Part shown: positions 1 through 11,352 of the stretch, piece by piece | How positions within the stretch are numbered: position 1 is the stretch's first letter | Layout of the letters: the number at the start of each line of letters is the position of its first letter | NCBI GenBank assembly: GCA_013265495.1 | Contig: MU058669.1 | Location: 478,056 to 542,055 of the forward strand | Source: Vicugna vicugna | Lineage: Eukaryota | Reading direction: 5' to 3' | DNA: 64,000 nt | Program-made: the position numbers and the translations under genes | The notes under the pieces: model-generated | What the model was told of the DNA's origin: nothing | The model's database searches: none | The model's input: the letters and a program-made list of their open reading frames with translations, nothing else

Positions 1-504
1 TTCTCTCTGTGCAGTAGCTGCCAGCCCTCAGCTCCCACACCCTCAGGTCTTTGAAGGGAAAGATCTGCAGGGATACTGTTAGTCTTAACAAAAACAAATC
101 AAAGGACTGATCACTCAGATCCAAATCTGAGTGTCTGCCTGCGGGGATCCACATCATTACTCACTGATGATTCAAGAGTCAGGCTCGGGGAGCCAGGCAG
201 GGATGGGGTGATTTCTATTACAATGTTGCACTGAAGTGTTTCTCTAAATTATGCCTGTACCTCCATCTCTCCCTCCTTATCCAGCTGGGAACACACTCAG
301 CAACCTCTCTGTTTTTGCGACCCCCTGCTCTGCTTCCCTCCCTGTTTCTTTTCTCTCCCATCAGCTCTCTCCTCTTTCCCAAAGCTTACTGCTCAGTGAT
401 CTCTCAATAAAACATATTTCTGATAAAGTGTGTGATCCTGGGCAAGCCCTTTGCCTTGCACCCCTGAGTAGCCATTTCTGCCGCTTCTATAAATGAGATT
501 AGAG

Positions 505-584
505 CACTGATGAGGAAGTGGTGGCCCAGAGAGGGCATGATATCTGCCTAAGGTCACAAAGCAAGTGGATGGCTGGCACTGAAT
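505..584 (-). mobile_element. MIR SINE fragment
   Basis: gatgaggaag..ggcccagagagg..tgcctaaggtcaca resembles the reverse-complement MIR core. Confidence 0.55.
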
Positions 585-717
585 CCATACAAAAGTACAA
601 AGGTGGATACATGAACTGTCATGTATCCACCACTCAGTCTCAGTAAGTAGCAACTCATGACCAATCTTGTTTCATTACTCTTACCCACTTTCCCACTCCC
701 AGATTGCTTGGAAGGAA
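585..717 (-). mobile_element. Old L1 (L1MC-type) 3' end fragment, copy A
   Basis: catacaaaagta..atgaac..caactcatgaccaatcttgtttcat resembles an L1MC-type 3' end; near-duplicate of 1160-1290. Confidence 0.65.
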
Positions 718-1145
718 TGGTGTCCTACAGTGCCCTTGCCTGGGCTTGCCCTTGAGCAGAGCAATGAAAGAAAAGTTCGCATTGGTGGTGGGGCGGTGGG
801 GTGGCCTTTCAATTGCTGTGTCTCCCTCCTTCCCTCACTCTCCTGGCTCCCTAAATCCCACGTCCTACTTGGTCCTCTGCCTGTTGCTATCCTTTTCATT
901 CTCTCCGGGTGCCCTGCTGAATCCCTGCCAAGGGACTAGGGGCTCAAAATGCTCTTCCAGATCACCGAAATTTAGAAGAGGTTTCCGGAAAAGCAATTCT
1001 TTCAAGCCCCAAAAGAAAGCCAAGCCTCTTGGAAAGGCTTTTTCAGACCCAGATTGTGTTGAGAGAGAGAGACATTTGTGCCTTCTTTCCCGGGTCACAC
1101 ACACAAAAAAAAAAAAAATACAGGGAGTATTTACTCTTCTAGAGA

Positions 1146-1906
1146 GAAAATTTCAAACCTATACAAAAGTATAATAAATATTAATGAACCCTTACATATT
1201 CATCGCCCAGCCTCAACAATTAGTAACTCATAGCCAATCTTGTTTCATTACTCTCACCCACTTTCCCTCTCCCAGATTACTCTGAAGGAAATCTCAGAAA
1301 TCATATACTGTTACATATTATTATAAATGAGCAAAGATGGCCTCTGTGTATTGGTTCCTAGCTTGTATACTTCTTCACTGCAAGCTGAGACCCATTAGCT
1401 TAAAAGTCCACAGGAGCCAAACTCAAATTTTTACATATCCAATTGCTTTCAAAATATCCCAAACAGGCAGATTTTTAGGCACTTAGGGACTGCCTGCTTT
1501 GCACACCCTGGAAACCTCACCCTGCACCAGACGACCATTGATAAGATGAGTCCTTGTGGTTTTGAGACCCCAAGCTGCCCTCCAAATTCCCTGACCCAGA
1601 GACTCCCCACCATACTGATGAGCAAGAGATATCATCTAGAAGCCTACACCCCCTCTCTAATCCCCTTCTCTCCTGGGTGTTCCTTTTCGCCTTCCCTGCC
1701 CTAAGCTCTGGTTGGTCTCCTGCTATGATGGACTTCATCTCTCATGCAATGGTCCAAGCATCACGCAATAAAGCTTGTTGCACATTAATGCTTCTTATAG
1801 TCATATGTTTTTCATTGATCAGTCCCCTAATCCCTCAAACCTCTTATAAGGATTTATTTCATCTGTAAAAATTTCACTATGTATTTCTAAATATAAGAAC
1901 TCTTTT
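1146..1906 (-). mobile_element. Old L1 (L1MC-type) 3' end fragment, copy B, split by an LTR at 1309-1848
   Basis: aaaatttcaaacctatacaaaag..cagaaatcatat resumes as atttcatctgtaaaaatttcactatgtatttctaaa after the LTR. Confidence 0.7.
1309..1848 (+). mobile_element. ERV solo LTR, family not assigned
   Basis: Begins TG, ~540 bp, AATAAA at 1767-1772, interrupts an otherwise continuous L1 fragment; no clear TSD. Confidence 0.6.
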
Positions 1907-1917
1907 AAAAACTACAA

Positions 1918-2460
1918 CTGCCCATCAACAGATGGCTGGATTAAAAAGATGTGATATGTTTTTATATATATATATACGTATGTACGTATACATGTATACA
2001 TACATACAATGGGATATTACTCAGCCATAAAAAAGAATGCAAACTGTCATTTGCAGCAATGTGGATGGACCTAGAGAACATTATGCTTAGTAGAAATAAG
2101 TCAGACAGAGAAGGACAAAATACTGTGTCATATCACTTATATGTGGAATCTAAAAATTAATACAAATGAATCTATATACAAAACAGAAACAGACTCACAG
2201 ATATAGAAAACAATCTTGTGGTTACCAAAGGGGAAGAGGAAGTGGGGGGGGGCAAATTAGGGGTATGGGATTAATACATACAAACTACTATATATAAAAT
2301 AAACAAGGATATATTGTATAGCACAGGGAATTATACCCATTATCTTATGATAAACTATAATAGAATATTGTCTGCAAAAATACTGAATCACTATACTGTA
2401 CACCTGAGACTAACACAATATTGTAAATCAACAATATATCAATGAAAAATAAAATAAAAT
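1918..2460 (+). mobile_element. 5'-truncated L1 (cetartiodactyl-type ORF2 end plus 3' UTR)
   Basis: ORF2 C-terminal remnant (FAAMWMDLENIMLS), typical 3' UTR, A-rich tail, TSD AAAACTACAA at 1908-1917 and 2461-2470 at a TTTT/AAAA endonuclease site. Confidence 0.92.
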
Positions 2461-2774
2461 AAAACTACAATATATTACCATTGTATTACTGAATAATACT
2501 GAATGACAATGACAATGATAGCACTAGAATATCACTTAACTGCTCACTCTCCTTATCCCACAATACAGTCGGAAAATAACAACACCAACAATACCACCAC
2601 CACTGTGCTCACTGAAGAGAGTTTATGATATTTTCTTGCAATTATTTTTGCCCATAGAGTATATACTATTAAGGATGTACAGTCAAATTGTTGTGTTTTG
2701 AAGTTGCTTGGAATATTTCTATGTGTGGATATGACAACAAGTACATACGTAATTAAGTTCGTCTAATTTTTTTA

Positions 2775-4570
2775 TTTCTATTTTTCAATTGAAGTATAAT
2801 TTCTGCAGTGACATTCTCAGATCTTAAAGTTTTTACTTTACTTCAAAATGGTTTTACAGTTTGATGATCTGTGACAAATGCATATACCCATGTAACTCAC
2901 ACCCTGGCAGGATATAGATTGCCCACAGCCCATAAAGCTCCTTGTGAAATAAACATATGTATTTGTCTCTGCCTCCAGTTCCTGATTCAGAACTCCTAAA
3001 TCTCATCTAAATAGGGATGCTAGGAATGTCTTTTGCTCTAATATTTGGTCTTTGACCCCAGTTCCAGACACAGAGGTCCTATATCCCTTGGAATTTTCTG
3101 GGTTATAGGATTTCTCTTTGTTCTAATGAGGTGACTCTTGGTGGGGTCCTGGATGGAGGCTGGTCACCAGAAGTCCAAGCCATGATTAGAAGCTTGGAGA
3201 AGGGAGAGGGGGCTGAAAATTGAGTTAATAACTGATTACACCTACATGATGAAGCCCCCATAAACATTCCAAAAGGATGCATTTCAGAAAGCTTCCAGGT
3301 TGGGGAACATAGCGTATGCCAAGATGGTGATGCACCCCAAATCCACAGGGACAGAAGCTCCTGGGCTTCCAGATTTCACCCTATGTGTCTCTTCATTTGA
3401 CTATTCGTCTTTTATTACATACTTTATAATAAACTGGTAAACATAAGTGAGTGTTTCCCTGAGTTCTGTAAGCTACTCTAGCAAATTACTGAACCCAAGG
3501 AGGGGGTCATCTGACAGGTGACAACACAGGACTTGCAACTGGCATCTGAAGTAGAGGCAACCTTGTGGGACTGACCTCTTAACTTGTGGGATCATCTGAT
3601 GTTAAATCCAGGTAGATAGTGTCAGAAATGAATTGAATTACAGGACAGCCCACTGCTATTGAAGAATTGATCCACATGGAGAAAAACCTATACACCTTAT
3701 TTCAGAAGCATTGAGTGTTAGAATAAAAGAAAACATAGTGCCTTTTTCCTAGACAGTCAGCATTTCCCCTATCTGACACCCCACCCCAAAGCAGCCACTG
3801 CCCTGATGGATCAGTTTGCCTGTTGAGCTGTATATAAATGAATTTATAGTATGAACTTTTTGTGTGTTTGATTCCTTTCACTCAGCATGTTTTTGAGATT
3901 CATTCATGCTTTGTGTATCAGTAGTCTGTTCCGTTGTATTGCTGAATAGTATTCCACTGACAAATGTTCATCATTTGTTTATCCAAGCTCGTATTGATAG
4001 ACAGATAAACTGCTTCCCATTTTTGGTGAATATAAATAAAACTGCATCCAGGACGTTCTTGTACATAGTCTTTTTCTGAGCATTCTTATGTAAATTCCTA
4101 AGAATAGAATTGGCTGGTAGGTATATATTTACCCTTATAAGAAATTGCCAGACCATTTTCTCAAGGGGTTGACCAATTTTACAGTGTTGTCAGCAATACA
4201 CATCTTTGCCAGCATTTAAAGCTGTTGATATTTTCAATTTTACCTTTTTGGAGGATTTGTAGTTGTATATCAATATGGTTTTAATTTACATTTTCCTAAT
4301 GACTAATGATATAAAGCACTTTTTCAGTTATTTGTCATTTGTGTATCTCCCTTTGGAAAAGTATCCAGTTGTTCTGCCATTAAAAACATTGAACTGTCTT
4401 GGTTATTGAGCTGTTAAGAGTTTCTCTAGATGAAAATCTTTTGTCATTGACATATGCATTATGAAGCTTCTCTTAGTTACGGCTTGCCTTTCATTCTCTT
4501 AATCATGTCTTTTAATGGAAAAAGTTTTTGATTTTGAGGAAGATAAATTTATCAAATTTTATTCAGCTTT
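2775..4570 (-). mobile_element. Old L1 (L1ME-type) 3' region, interrupted by the MER21-like LTR
   Basis: attgaagtataat..catatacccatgtaac..; after the LTR cctttcactcagcatgtttttgagattcattcatg and gctgaatagtattccac. Confidence 0.8.
2943..3755 (+). mobile_element. MER21-like solo LTR
   Basis: tgtgaaata..tatttggtctttgaccccagttcc..ggctggtcaccagaag..ccatgattaga..aataaactggtaaac; ends ..aca. Confidence 0.8.
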
Positions 4571-4574
4571 TGTT

Positions 4575-6735
4575 CTGTGCAAAGTCATATAATTATTGAT
4601 ATGGTTAGTTTTATGTCTGCCATCTTGCTATTTGCTTTCCATTTGTTCATATCTTCTTCCTTTTTGCCTCCTTTCCTGCATTCTTTAGAATTATTTTTTG
4701 GATTCAATTTTATCTCCCCTGTTGGCTTTTTAGCTAGACTTCTCTGTTTCACATCTAAGGGCTGATTTATGGAAACAGTATGCATCCTTAACCTATCATA
4801 ATCTACTTAGAGTTAATACTGTATCAACTCACATGAAATATAAAAAATTTACAACAGTATATTTCCATTTACTCCCTACCCACCCTTTCTGTTTTTATCA
4901 TTCATTTTACTTCCACATATGTTATAAACCCCACAATACATTATTGCTTTTGGTTTAAAACATCAATTATATTTTCAAAAATTAAGAAACAAGGCAGGAA
5001 AACCCTTTTATATCTTCCTACATATTTTACTATTTTTATCTCTCTTCATTTCTTCAGTTGGACTCATGTTTCATCTAAAGAACTTCGGTATATCTTGCAG
5101 TGCAGATCTACTGATGACAAATCCTTTCAGCTTTTGTTCTGAAAATGTTTTTATTTTGCTTTTATTTTTGAAGGTTATTTCCCTTGATATAGCATTCTAG
5201 ATTGTCAGGGTGGTTTTTCCTCCTTTCCCTCAGCACCTTGAATATGTCATTATATTTTTTTCCTGGCTCACATCGCTTTTAATAAAAAGTGGGTGGCTTT
5301 CCATTTTATCCACCATATAATGTATCTGTTGGCCTTGGCTACTTTTAAGATGCTCTTTGTATCTCTGGTTTAAGCAATTTGACCATGATGTGCTTATATG
5401 CTCCCTATGTTTATCCTGCTTGAGGTTCATTGAGCTCTTTGGGGTAAACTGGTATTTTTCAACAAATTTGGGGAAAATAATCAGCCATTATAGCTTCCAA
5501 TATTTTCTCCTTTACCAGTCTCTATCTCCTTTACTTCGAGAACTCTAATTACAGATATAATAGACTGCTTGGTATCATCCCAGCAGTCAATGAAGTTCTG
5601 TTCATTATTTTTAGCCTTTTTCCTGTGTTTCACTTTGAATTGATTCTATTGTCATACATCCAAGTCCACTGATATTTCTCCTGCAGTGCCCAATCTTCTG
5701 CTTTGCCCTACTGAATTTTTCCTTTAAGATATTATACTTTCCAGTTCTAGAATTTCCATTTTTAAATAGTTTCCATTTCTGTACTGATATTCCTCTAAAG
5801 GTTCACCCATTATATCTATTTTTTCCATGAAATCTTTAAAATGTATTTATAATAGACATTTTAAAGAACTTGTCTACTAATTACAATATCTGTATCACCT
5901 CTGAATTTATTTCTCTTGATTACCATCGATTATTTTTCCCAGTTATTGTCTTCTTTTCTTGTTTCTTCAGAGGTCTCATAATTTTTTATTGCATGATGGG
6001 TATTGTATGATGGATATGTTGTTGAGTCTGGGATTTGGCATCTTCCTTCAAAGAGTTTTGAACTTTTTTTCTGGCAGGCACTTAATTTACTAGTGGGTCA
6101 GCTCGATCATTTAAAGGCTTGTTTTTAAGTTTCACAAAGGTATGTCTCAAGTAGTCTTCACCTTGGAGCTATAATAGCCCTACACTCTAAGGTGTGGTTT
6201 TCCCAGTATCTTGGCTGAATGGTTAGTGTTCAGCAGGTCTCTCTGATCTGATGATCAGACATCATATGTACCCCAGGGCTGCGACTTCTGGAATCTGCTT
6301 TCAGCTCACAGTTCCTTTGTAGCTGTTCTCTGCCAGGCTTTCCAGAATCTAGTCATGTGTATTCACTCTTTATATTTGGTTAAGGACTTAAGGGGACTTA
6401 AGGGGACTCTATGCAGATTTCACAGCTCTTTCTATGCACAAGTCCCTTCTATCTGGTACCCAGTCCTGCAATTTCAACTGACTCAGCAATCTTAAATTCT
6501 AACATTTCCCCCCTCATCTCAGCATAACTGCTGTGCTCTGCTTGAAGTCCACATTCCTGTGCTGCAGTCTGGAGCAAGACCTCCAAGCAGAGAGCCAGGA
6601 TTTCTCCAGTGGATCACAGTCCTCTACTGCCTGTTGTGCAACATCTAAAATCGGCAGTTACTTTATATGCTCTTCCGTGGAAGGGCTGGTTCAGTCTCAG
6701 TGACTCCGTTGTTGCCAGAAACAAAAAGTCATATT
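4575..6735 (-). mobile_element. Old L1 ORF1/5' region (L1M/L1ME-type), decayed
   Basis: gatatggttagttttatgtctgccatcttgctatttg, atttttgaaggttattt, tcttgaggttcattgagct-like, aaatttgggaaaa..cagccatta motifs; T-rich on the + strand. Confidence 0.75.
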
Positions 6736-6945
6736 TTTTTTAATATTTTGGAGTTTTTTTTAAATTTAATTTTGTTTTATATTTATATAGAATACTTACA
6801 TGATTCTAAATCAAATCTACAAAATAAGATTTATAAATAGAAGTCTAGCTGGTATTCCTGTACCTTCCACCCTATTCCATCCTTTCCTTATATATAGCTA
6901 TTAAAAATAATTTTGATTTTTCTATTCTTTCGTTAACATAAGCAG

Positions 6946-6969
6946 GTGTGTGTGTGTGTGTGTGTGTGT
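6946..6969. repeat. (GT)12 microsatellite
   Basis: Direct reading. Confidence 0.95.
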
Positions 6970-7116
6970 TGTATTTACATAAGTAGAAGTAGTATACTCT
7001 ATATACTGTCCTCTACTTTGTTTTTTTTCATGTAACTATGTATTCTGATGATCACTCCATTACTAGTATAATGAGATATTGCTCATTCCTTCATTACAGG
7101 TATACAGTCCACGACT

Positions 7117-7208
7117 GTAGGACTAACTTGTCCCAGTTTTCCCAGGGCTTTCCTGCTGTGAGCACTGAAAGTTCCATATGTCCCAAAATGGGCTGGTTGG
7201 TTGCCCTG
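7117..7208 (+). mobile_element. MER96-like hAT MITE inside L1
   Basis: gtcccagttttcccaggg..agcactgaaagttcc..ggttggttgccctg. Confidence 0.6.
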
Positions 7209-8761
7209 TCATTGTCTGAGAGTACTATAATTTATCTAATCAGTCTTCTTTGGTTGGATATTTGGGTTGTTTCCATTCTTTCACTACTATAAACAGTTCT
7301 CAGTAAATAACCTTTTGTATATATCTCTTCACTTTTGCCATTGAATTTTTGAGTTTTATCTTTTTAAACGGGATTGCTGGTTTAAAGGTAAATGTCTAAG
7401 TTTTCCAGATATTGTCAAATTCTCCTCCATAGGGATTGTACAATATTCGTTTCCACCAGCAAAGCTTGAGATCCTGTTTCTCCAGAGATTCTCCAACAGA
7501 GAATTTGTGAAAAAAAATTTTCCAATTGAATAGGTGAAAAATTATACCTAAGTATAGTTTGAATTCACATTTCTCTTATTATGAGCAAATGTGAGCATCT
7601 TTCAAAAGGTTAATAGCCACTTGCACTTCTTTTTCTGTGGACCATTGGTATAATTCTATAGCCTATTTTTTCATAGGTTTGTTGTTCAATTTTAGAAGTT
7701 CTTCCATATATTAGATATATAAATTCTTTGTGACATAAGTTGCAAATATTATTCCCAGTTTGTCGTTTATCTTTTCACCTTGCTTCTAACAACTTTTGCC
7801 ATGCAAAAATTTTTTTGAATGTAATCAATTTAGGTATACTTTTCCTACTGCTTTTGGATTTTTGAGTCCTAGGAATAATTTCACTATTTCTAGGCTATAG
7901 AGGAATTCAACAATGTTTTCTTCTAGTGCCTGTATGGTTTCCTTTATTATATTTACATTTCTGGTCCATTTGGGATTTATCCTGATGTATGGCAGGAATG
8001 GATCCAATTTTATCTTTTTCTATATGGCTCTCCAATGATCTGAATGTAATTTAAAAGTCCATCATTTTTCCTCTGATTTGAGCTGTTGTCTTTATCGTAT
8101 ATTAAATTTGCATATGAATGGGTCTTTTTCTGACTTTCCTGTTGTGTTTCGTTTTAATTATAAAGGCTTCATAGCATGTTTTAGTGTCTAAAAGGGCTAG
8201 CCCCCCACTCTCTGTTCTTCTTTTTCAGGATTTTCCTATTATTTGTCGTTCTTTCAAATGAACTTTATAATCAACTTGTTTAGATACAGGAAAAATCTCA
8301 AGATATTTTTATTGGGACTACCAAGGTTTTATAAATTAACTTGGGAAGAACTGCCATCTTTATGATGTTGAGTCTTCCTACTCAAAAACACAGTATCAGG
8401 TGATATTTATGATTACCTTTCAGATTAGGGAGTTGATAAAATGCTCTGTATGATCATGTGGCTAAGGACCACTGGGTCTTACAAGTCTTCCTGAGCCCAG
8501 CCCATGACACTTCTTCCAGGAAGCCTGCCTTCTTTTCTAGAAAAATGATCTCTCCATCCTCTCCAGATATCTTGTGGTTCACATTAACGTTTTTGGCTAT
8601 AGCTTCTACCTTTACATGTATCTACCCTCTTTCCTCTTCTGGACTAAGAGCTCTCAGGGAACTGGATATGTATTATAAATCACAGTTATACTGATAAAAG
8701 CTGAACTAAAGCAAGAGACTCTGAGTTGGACCCATCATACTAATTATCTCATAGACTTTCC

Positions 8762-9035
8762 CAGGGGTTACCAGCTAACCTCTGGCAAGCCATATCTAGC
8801 CCATGTGTTTGACGTGCATGGAAATTTTTTAAATTTTGAATTACCTGCCAACATCTAAAAATTATAAGATTTCACATGAAAATACAGATTTTCAGATTCT
8901 CTAAAAGTAATGGAGGTTCATGGCAACAACCAGCTGGAAGTGAGTATCTGCTGTCCCTTTAGACCAGGCAGGCAGTTTTTCCCGCATCTCTGCATTTCCA
9001 TTAACTGTCTAGGTCCTGGAAGCATTACAGCCTGT
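8762..9035 (+). mobile_element. MER102-like hAT-Charlie element
   Basis: cagggg..tttgaatta..gccaacatctaaaaat..gatttcacatgaaaatacagattt..catggcaacaaccagctgg..ccctttaga. Confidence 0.75.
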
Positions 9036-9734
9036 ATTTCTTTTCATTAAAACCACTGAGAAAGGAAAGAAGGAAATCACTGGCCCTGGCACATAGTGGG
9101 TGCTTGGCAGATATTTTTAGAATAAATGAATCCCTGTTTGCCAATCAGGTTCTGAGAATAGCTGATTTAGCAAAGGTCACAAGACGAGACGATGGCAGAG
9201 GAAGGGATTTAAAAGGAGGATCTGCTTTGCTACACAGCCCAGTGGTGTTTGACAGTTGTCCAAGGGCTGGCCCTTGCATTCTTTCTCACCTGTTAGCTGG
9301 GTAAGAGCCACAGACTTGGTCCCAAGCCCTTAACCATCTTGGCTGTTCTTACATGGAACATTAACACAGACCGACGGGAGGGAGGCCTCGGACCTTAGGG
9401 GAGAAATGGGCCCTGGTGACTTTTTAGCTTCATAGGATTGGGTTTGAGTCTATTTTTCTTATTATTTCTCTTTCACATAGCTCCCCTAGGCCTTTTAAAA
9501 TCTGCTGATGGCGAGCACCCCGAGGGAGCATTGCGGAAAGGCAAAACGAGATTTGCTCTGGGGAAAGGGGAGCCTGCACCCACTGCTCAGCAGTCTCTTT
9601 GCCTCCTTAGAGGGAAGAGGAGAGGGTTCCAAGTTCTTCAGGCCTTAGGCCTCCCAATCCCCCAGGATAGGAGAGCTTCACCAGCAAATTGCCCTAAAAA
9701 AGAACGGCCTATTGTTTTTTGTTTTTTGTTTTTT

Positions 9735-10080
9735 TAATTCAACAAACCCTTATTGAGCACTTCCTCTGCACCAGCTTCTGTTAGAAGGCCTGGGAAAATT
9801 CAAGAGACACGCTCTTCGTTCTAGCGGGAGAAACCAAATAATAAGCCTGTGAGAAAAATGCATTCGAACAGGGCAGGACGGGTGCCGTGGGGACACCTAG
9901 TGGGAGTGCCTCACGCAGGCATGCAGGACTTCCCTGAGAACGCCACCTTGCAGCTGAGCCCTAAATGGTGAGGAGGACTTCGCTGCTGGAAGAGGGAGAG
10001 GGGACGGAAGTGAGAAGACCCAGAGGCAGGTTCAAGCAGCCGGGAGAAACTCAGCGGAGGAGCGTGGCGGGCAAAGGGCC
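9735..10080 (-). mobile_element. L2 3' end, unusually CpG-rich
   Basis: attcaacaaacccttattgagcacttcctctgcaccag..gacttccctgaga..ttgcagctgagccct follows the reverse L2 3' end. Confidence 0.65.
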
Positions 10081-10660
10081 AAGGAGAAGGCAATCGGAGG
10101 CGGGTCAAGCAGCTAACAGCTAAATTGAGGGGCGCACTTACGATTTATGTGGTAAACAGTTCTCTGCGAAACAGGATGATGAGGAGACTTGTCCTTTCCC
10201 CTAGAACCAGCGCCTAAGGTCCAGAAAGGAGGAAAGAGGACCCAGAAGTGCTGATTTCTCCCTATTCTGGTAAGGACTGCCGGCAGCAGTGTCCAGGCCC
10301 CTCCCCTGGGCCAACCGGAAGGCCGCAGTTTGGCCCCGCCATCCGAAGCCAGCCCCACACTCACCTTCCGGTTCGTAGAGAGAGGCAGAATTGTGTTCTC
10401 GTGGGAAGCAGTGTTCCCGCGAGAGTTTTCCTCCGTTTCCCTCTCTCGTACCACACTCCCAGCAGCCAAAAGGTGGGGGGTGGGTGGACTCCAGGGGAAT
10501 CCCTCCTGCAGCGTGGGGGGTCCTGCAGGAAGGCCAGACTGACGAGTCGCTCTCAGGTGACACTGCTGAGTGGCAGAGCCCGCGGGCCCGGCCTGAGCCG
10601 CCGTGGGAACCGAATGTCGGGGGCAAGTACAGGCACACTCCTCCTGGTCCCCGGAGTCTG
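9800..10660. promoter_or_regulatory. Weak CpG island / probable promoter
   Basis: About 43 CpG in ~860 bp by hand count, several-fold above the flanks; ETS cores CGGAAGT (10005), CCGGAA (10315), TTCCGG (10366); GC boxes near 10098 and 10334; E2F-like TTCCCGCG at 10414. Confidence 0.75.
10359..10470 (-). other. Candidate non-coding first exon ending at a consensus splice donor (exon end 10365; transcription start unknown)
   Basis: actcacctt at 10359-10367 reads AAG|GTGAGT on the minus strand, inside the CpG island. Confidence 0.45.
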
Positions 10661-10727
10661 GAAGTGGATGTGGACATGGAGACTGGTGCTGAGGAGGGCA
10701 GGGAGGACAGGTGGAGCAGCGAGGTGA

Positions 10728-11352
10728 TGATAGTTCAGGACACCTATCCCCAAAGATGGCACCTTGGCATACTGAACATTTTAGGCCCAGGGAGTTTGAG
10801 AACACAACAGAAGCAGGAAGGTCACTCTGACCCCCATCCTTCCTCCCCTGAGACAGGTCATAAAACCCACACCTGAGGACACTTCTCCTGTCAGAGTGCG
10901 CCTCCCTCTGCCAGCTGCAGCCGTTGTCTAAGTGCTGCTACAGTTCATAATGGACAAGAGGGTAAGTGCTCGCTACAATTTAGCTGTTTGCTGCTTGACC
11001 TGGCCGCTGCCTGTCTGGACCTGGAGGAAAGGAGCATCTTCATCTCTGAAGACAAAGGGACAGGGAGAAGAGTCCAAACGCACAGGCCTTGCTGAATTTC
11101 CTCTGGTTTCCTCCAATGACTCCTTGACCTATCATGTTCCTCCATGACTGGCCACTCTGCATCAAACCTAGCAGGAAAAGATGCAGGTTTAATCATTTCT
11201 TCAGGTCTGCAGTTCCTTTGGAAGGCTTGCGTGTCATGTAAAACTTACATTAAATACATTTGTATGCTTTTCTCCTGTTAATCTATCAGTTTAATTTTCA
11301 CATCCAGCCAGGGACCCTAAAAGAGTCAAGAACAATTTTTCCTTCCCCTGCA
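10728..11352 (+). mobile_element. MER34-like ERV1 solo LTR
   Basis: TG..CA termini, 4-bp TSD GTGA (10724-10727, 11353-11356), ccccaaagatggcaccttggcata and attaaatacatttgtatgcttttctcctgttaatct. Confidence 0.88.

Larger units (their letters stand above)
6750..8400 (-). mobile_element. Old L1 (L1MC4-like) 3' UTR and ORF2 remnant
   Basis: ORF 7825..8007 resembles L1 ORF2 (DPFLPYIRINPKW..VNIIKETIQALEEN); gttgtttccattcttt, ccatttgggatttat motifs. Confidence 0.8.

Noticed and set aside
6383..6408. Short tandem duplication GGACTTAAGG
   Set aside because: Ordinary slippage within old L1.
1951..8007. Short ORFs with L1-like peptides (1951, 3971, 5230, 7825)
   Set aside because: Decayed L1 ORF1/ORF2 remnants, not host genes.
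10397..10424. Iron-responsive element (CAGTG in a hairpin loop)
   Set aside because: The stem register gives loop GCAGUG rather than CAGUGN, and there is no bulged C five pairs below the loop.
10113..10876. Overlapping long ORFs (230, 161, 159, 158 aa)
   Set aside because: They occur on both strands in GC-rich, stop-poor DNA, some run into an LTR, and they resemble no protein I recognise.
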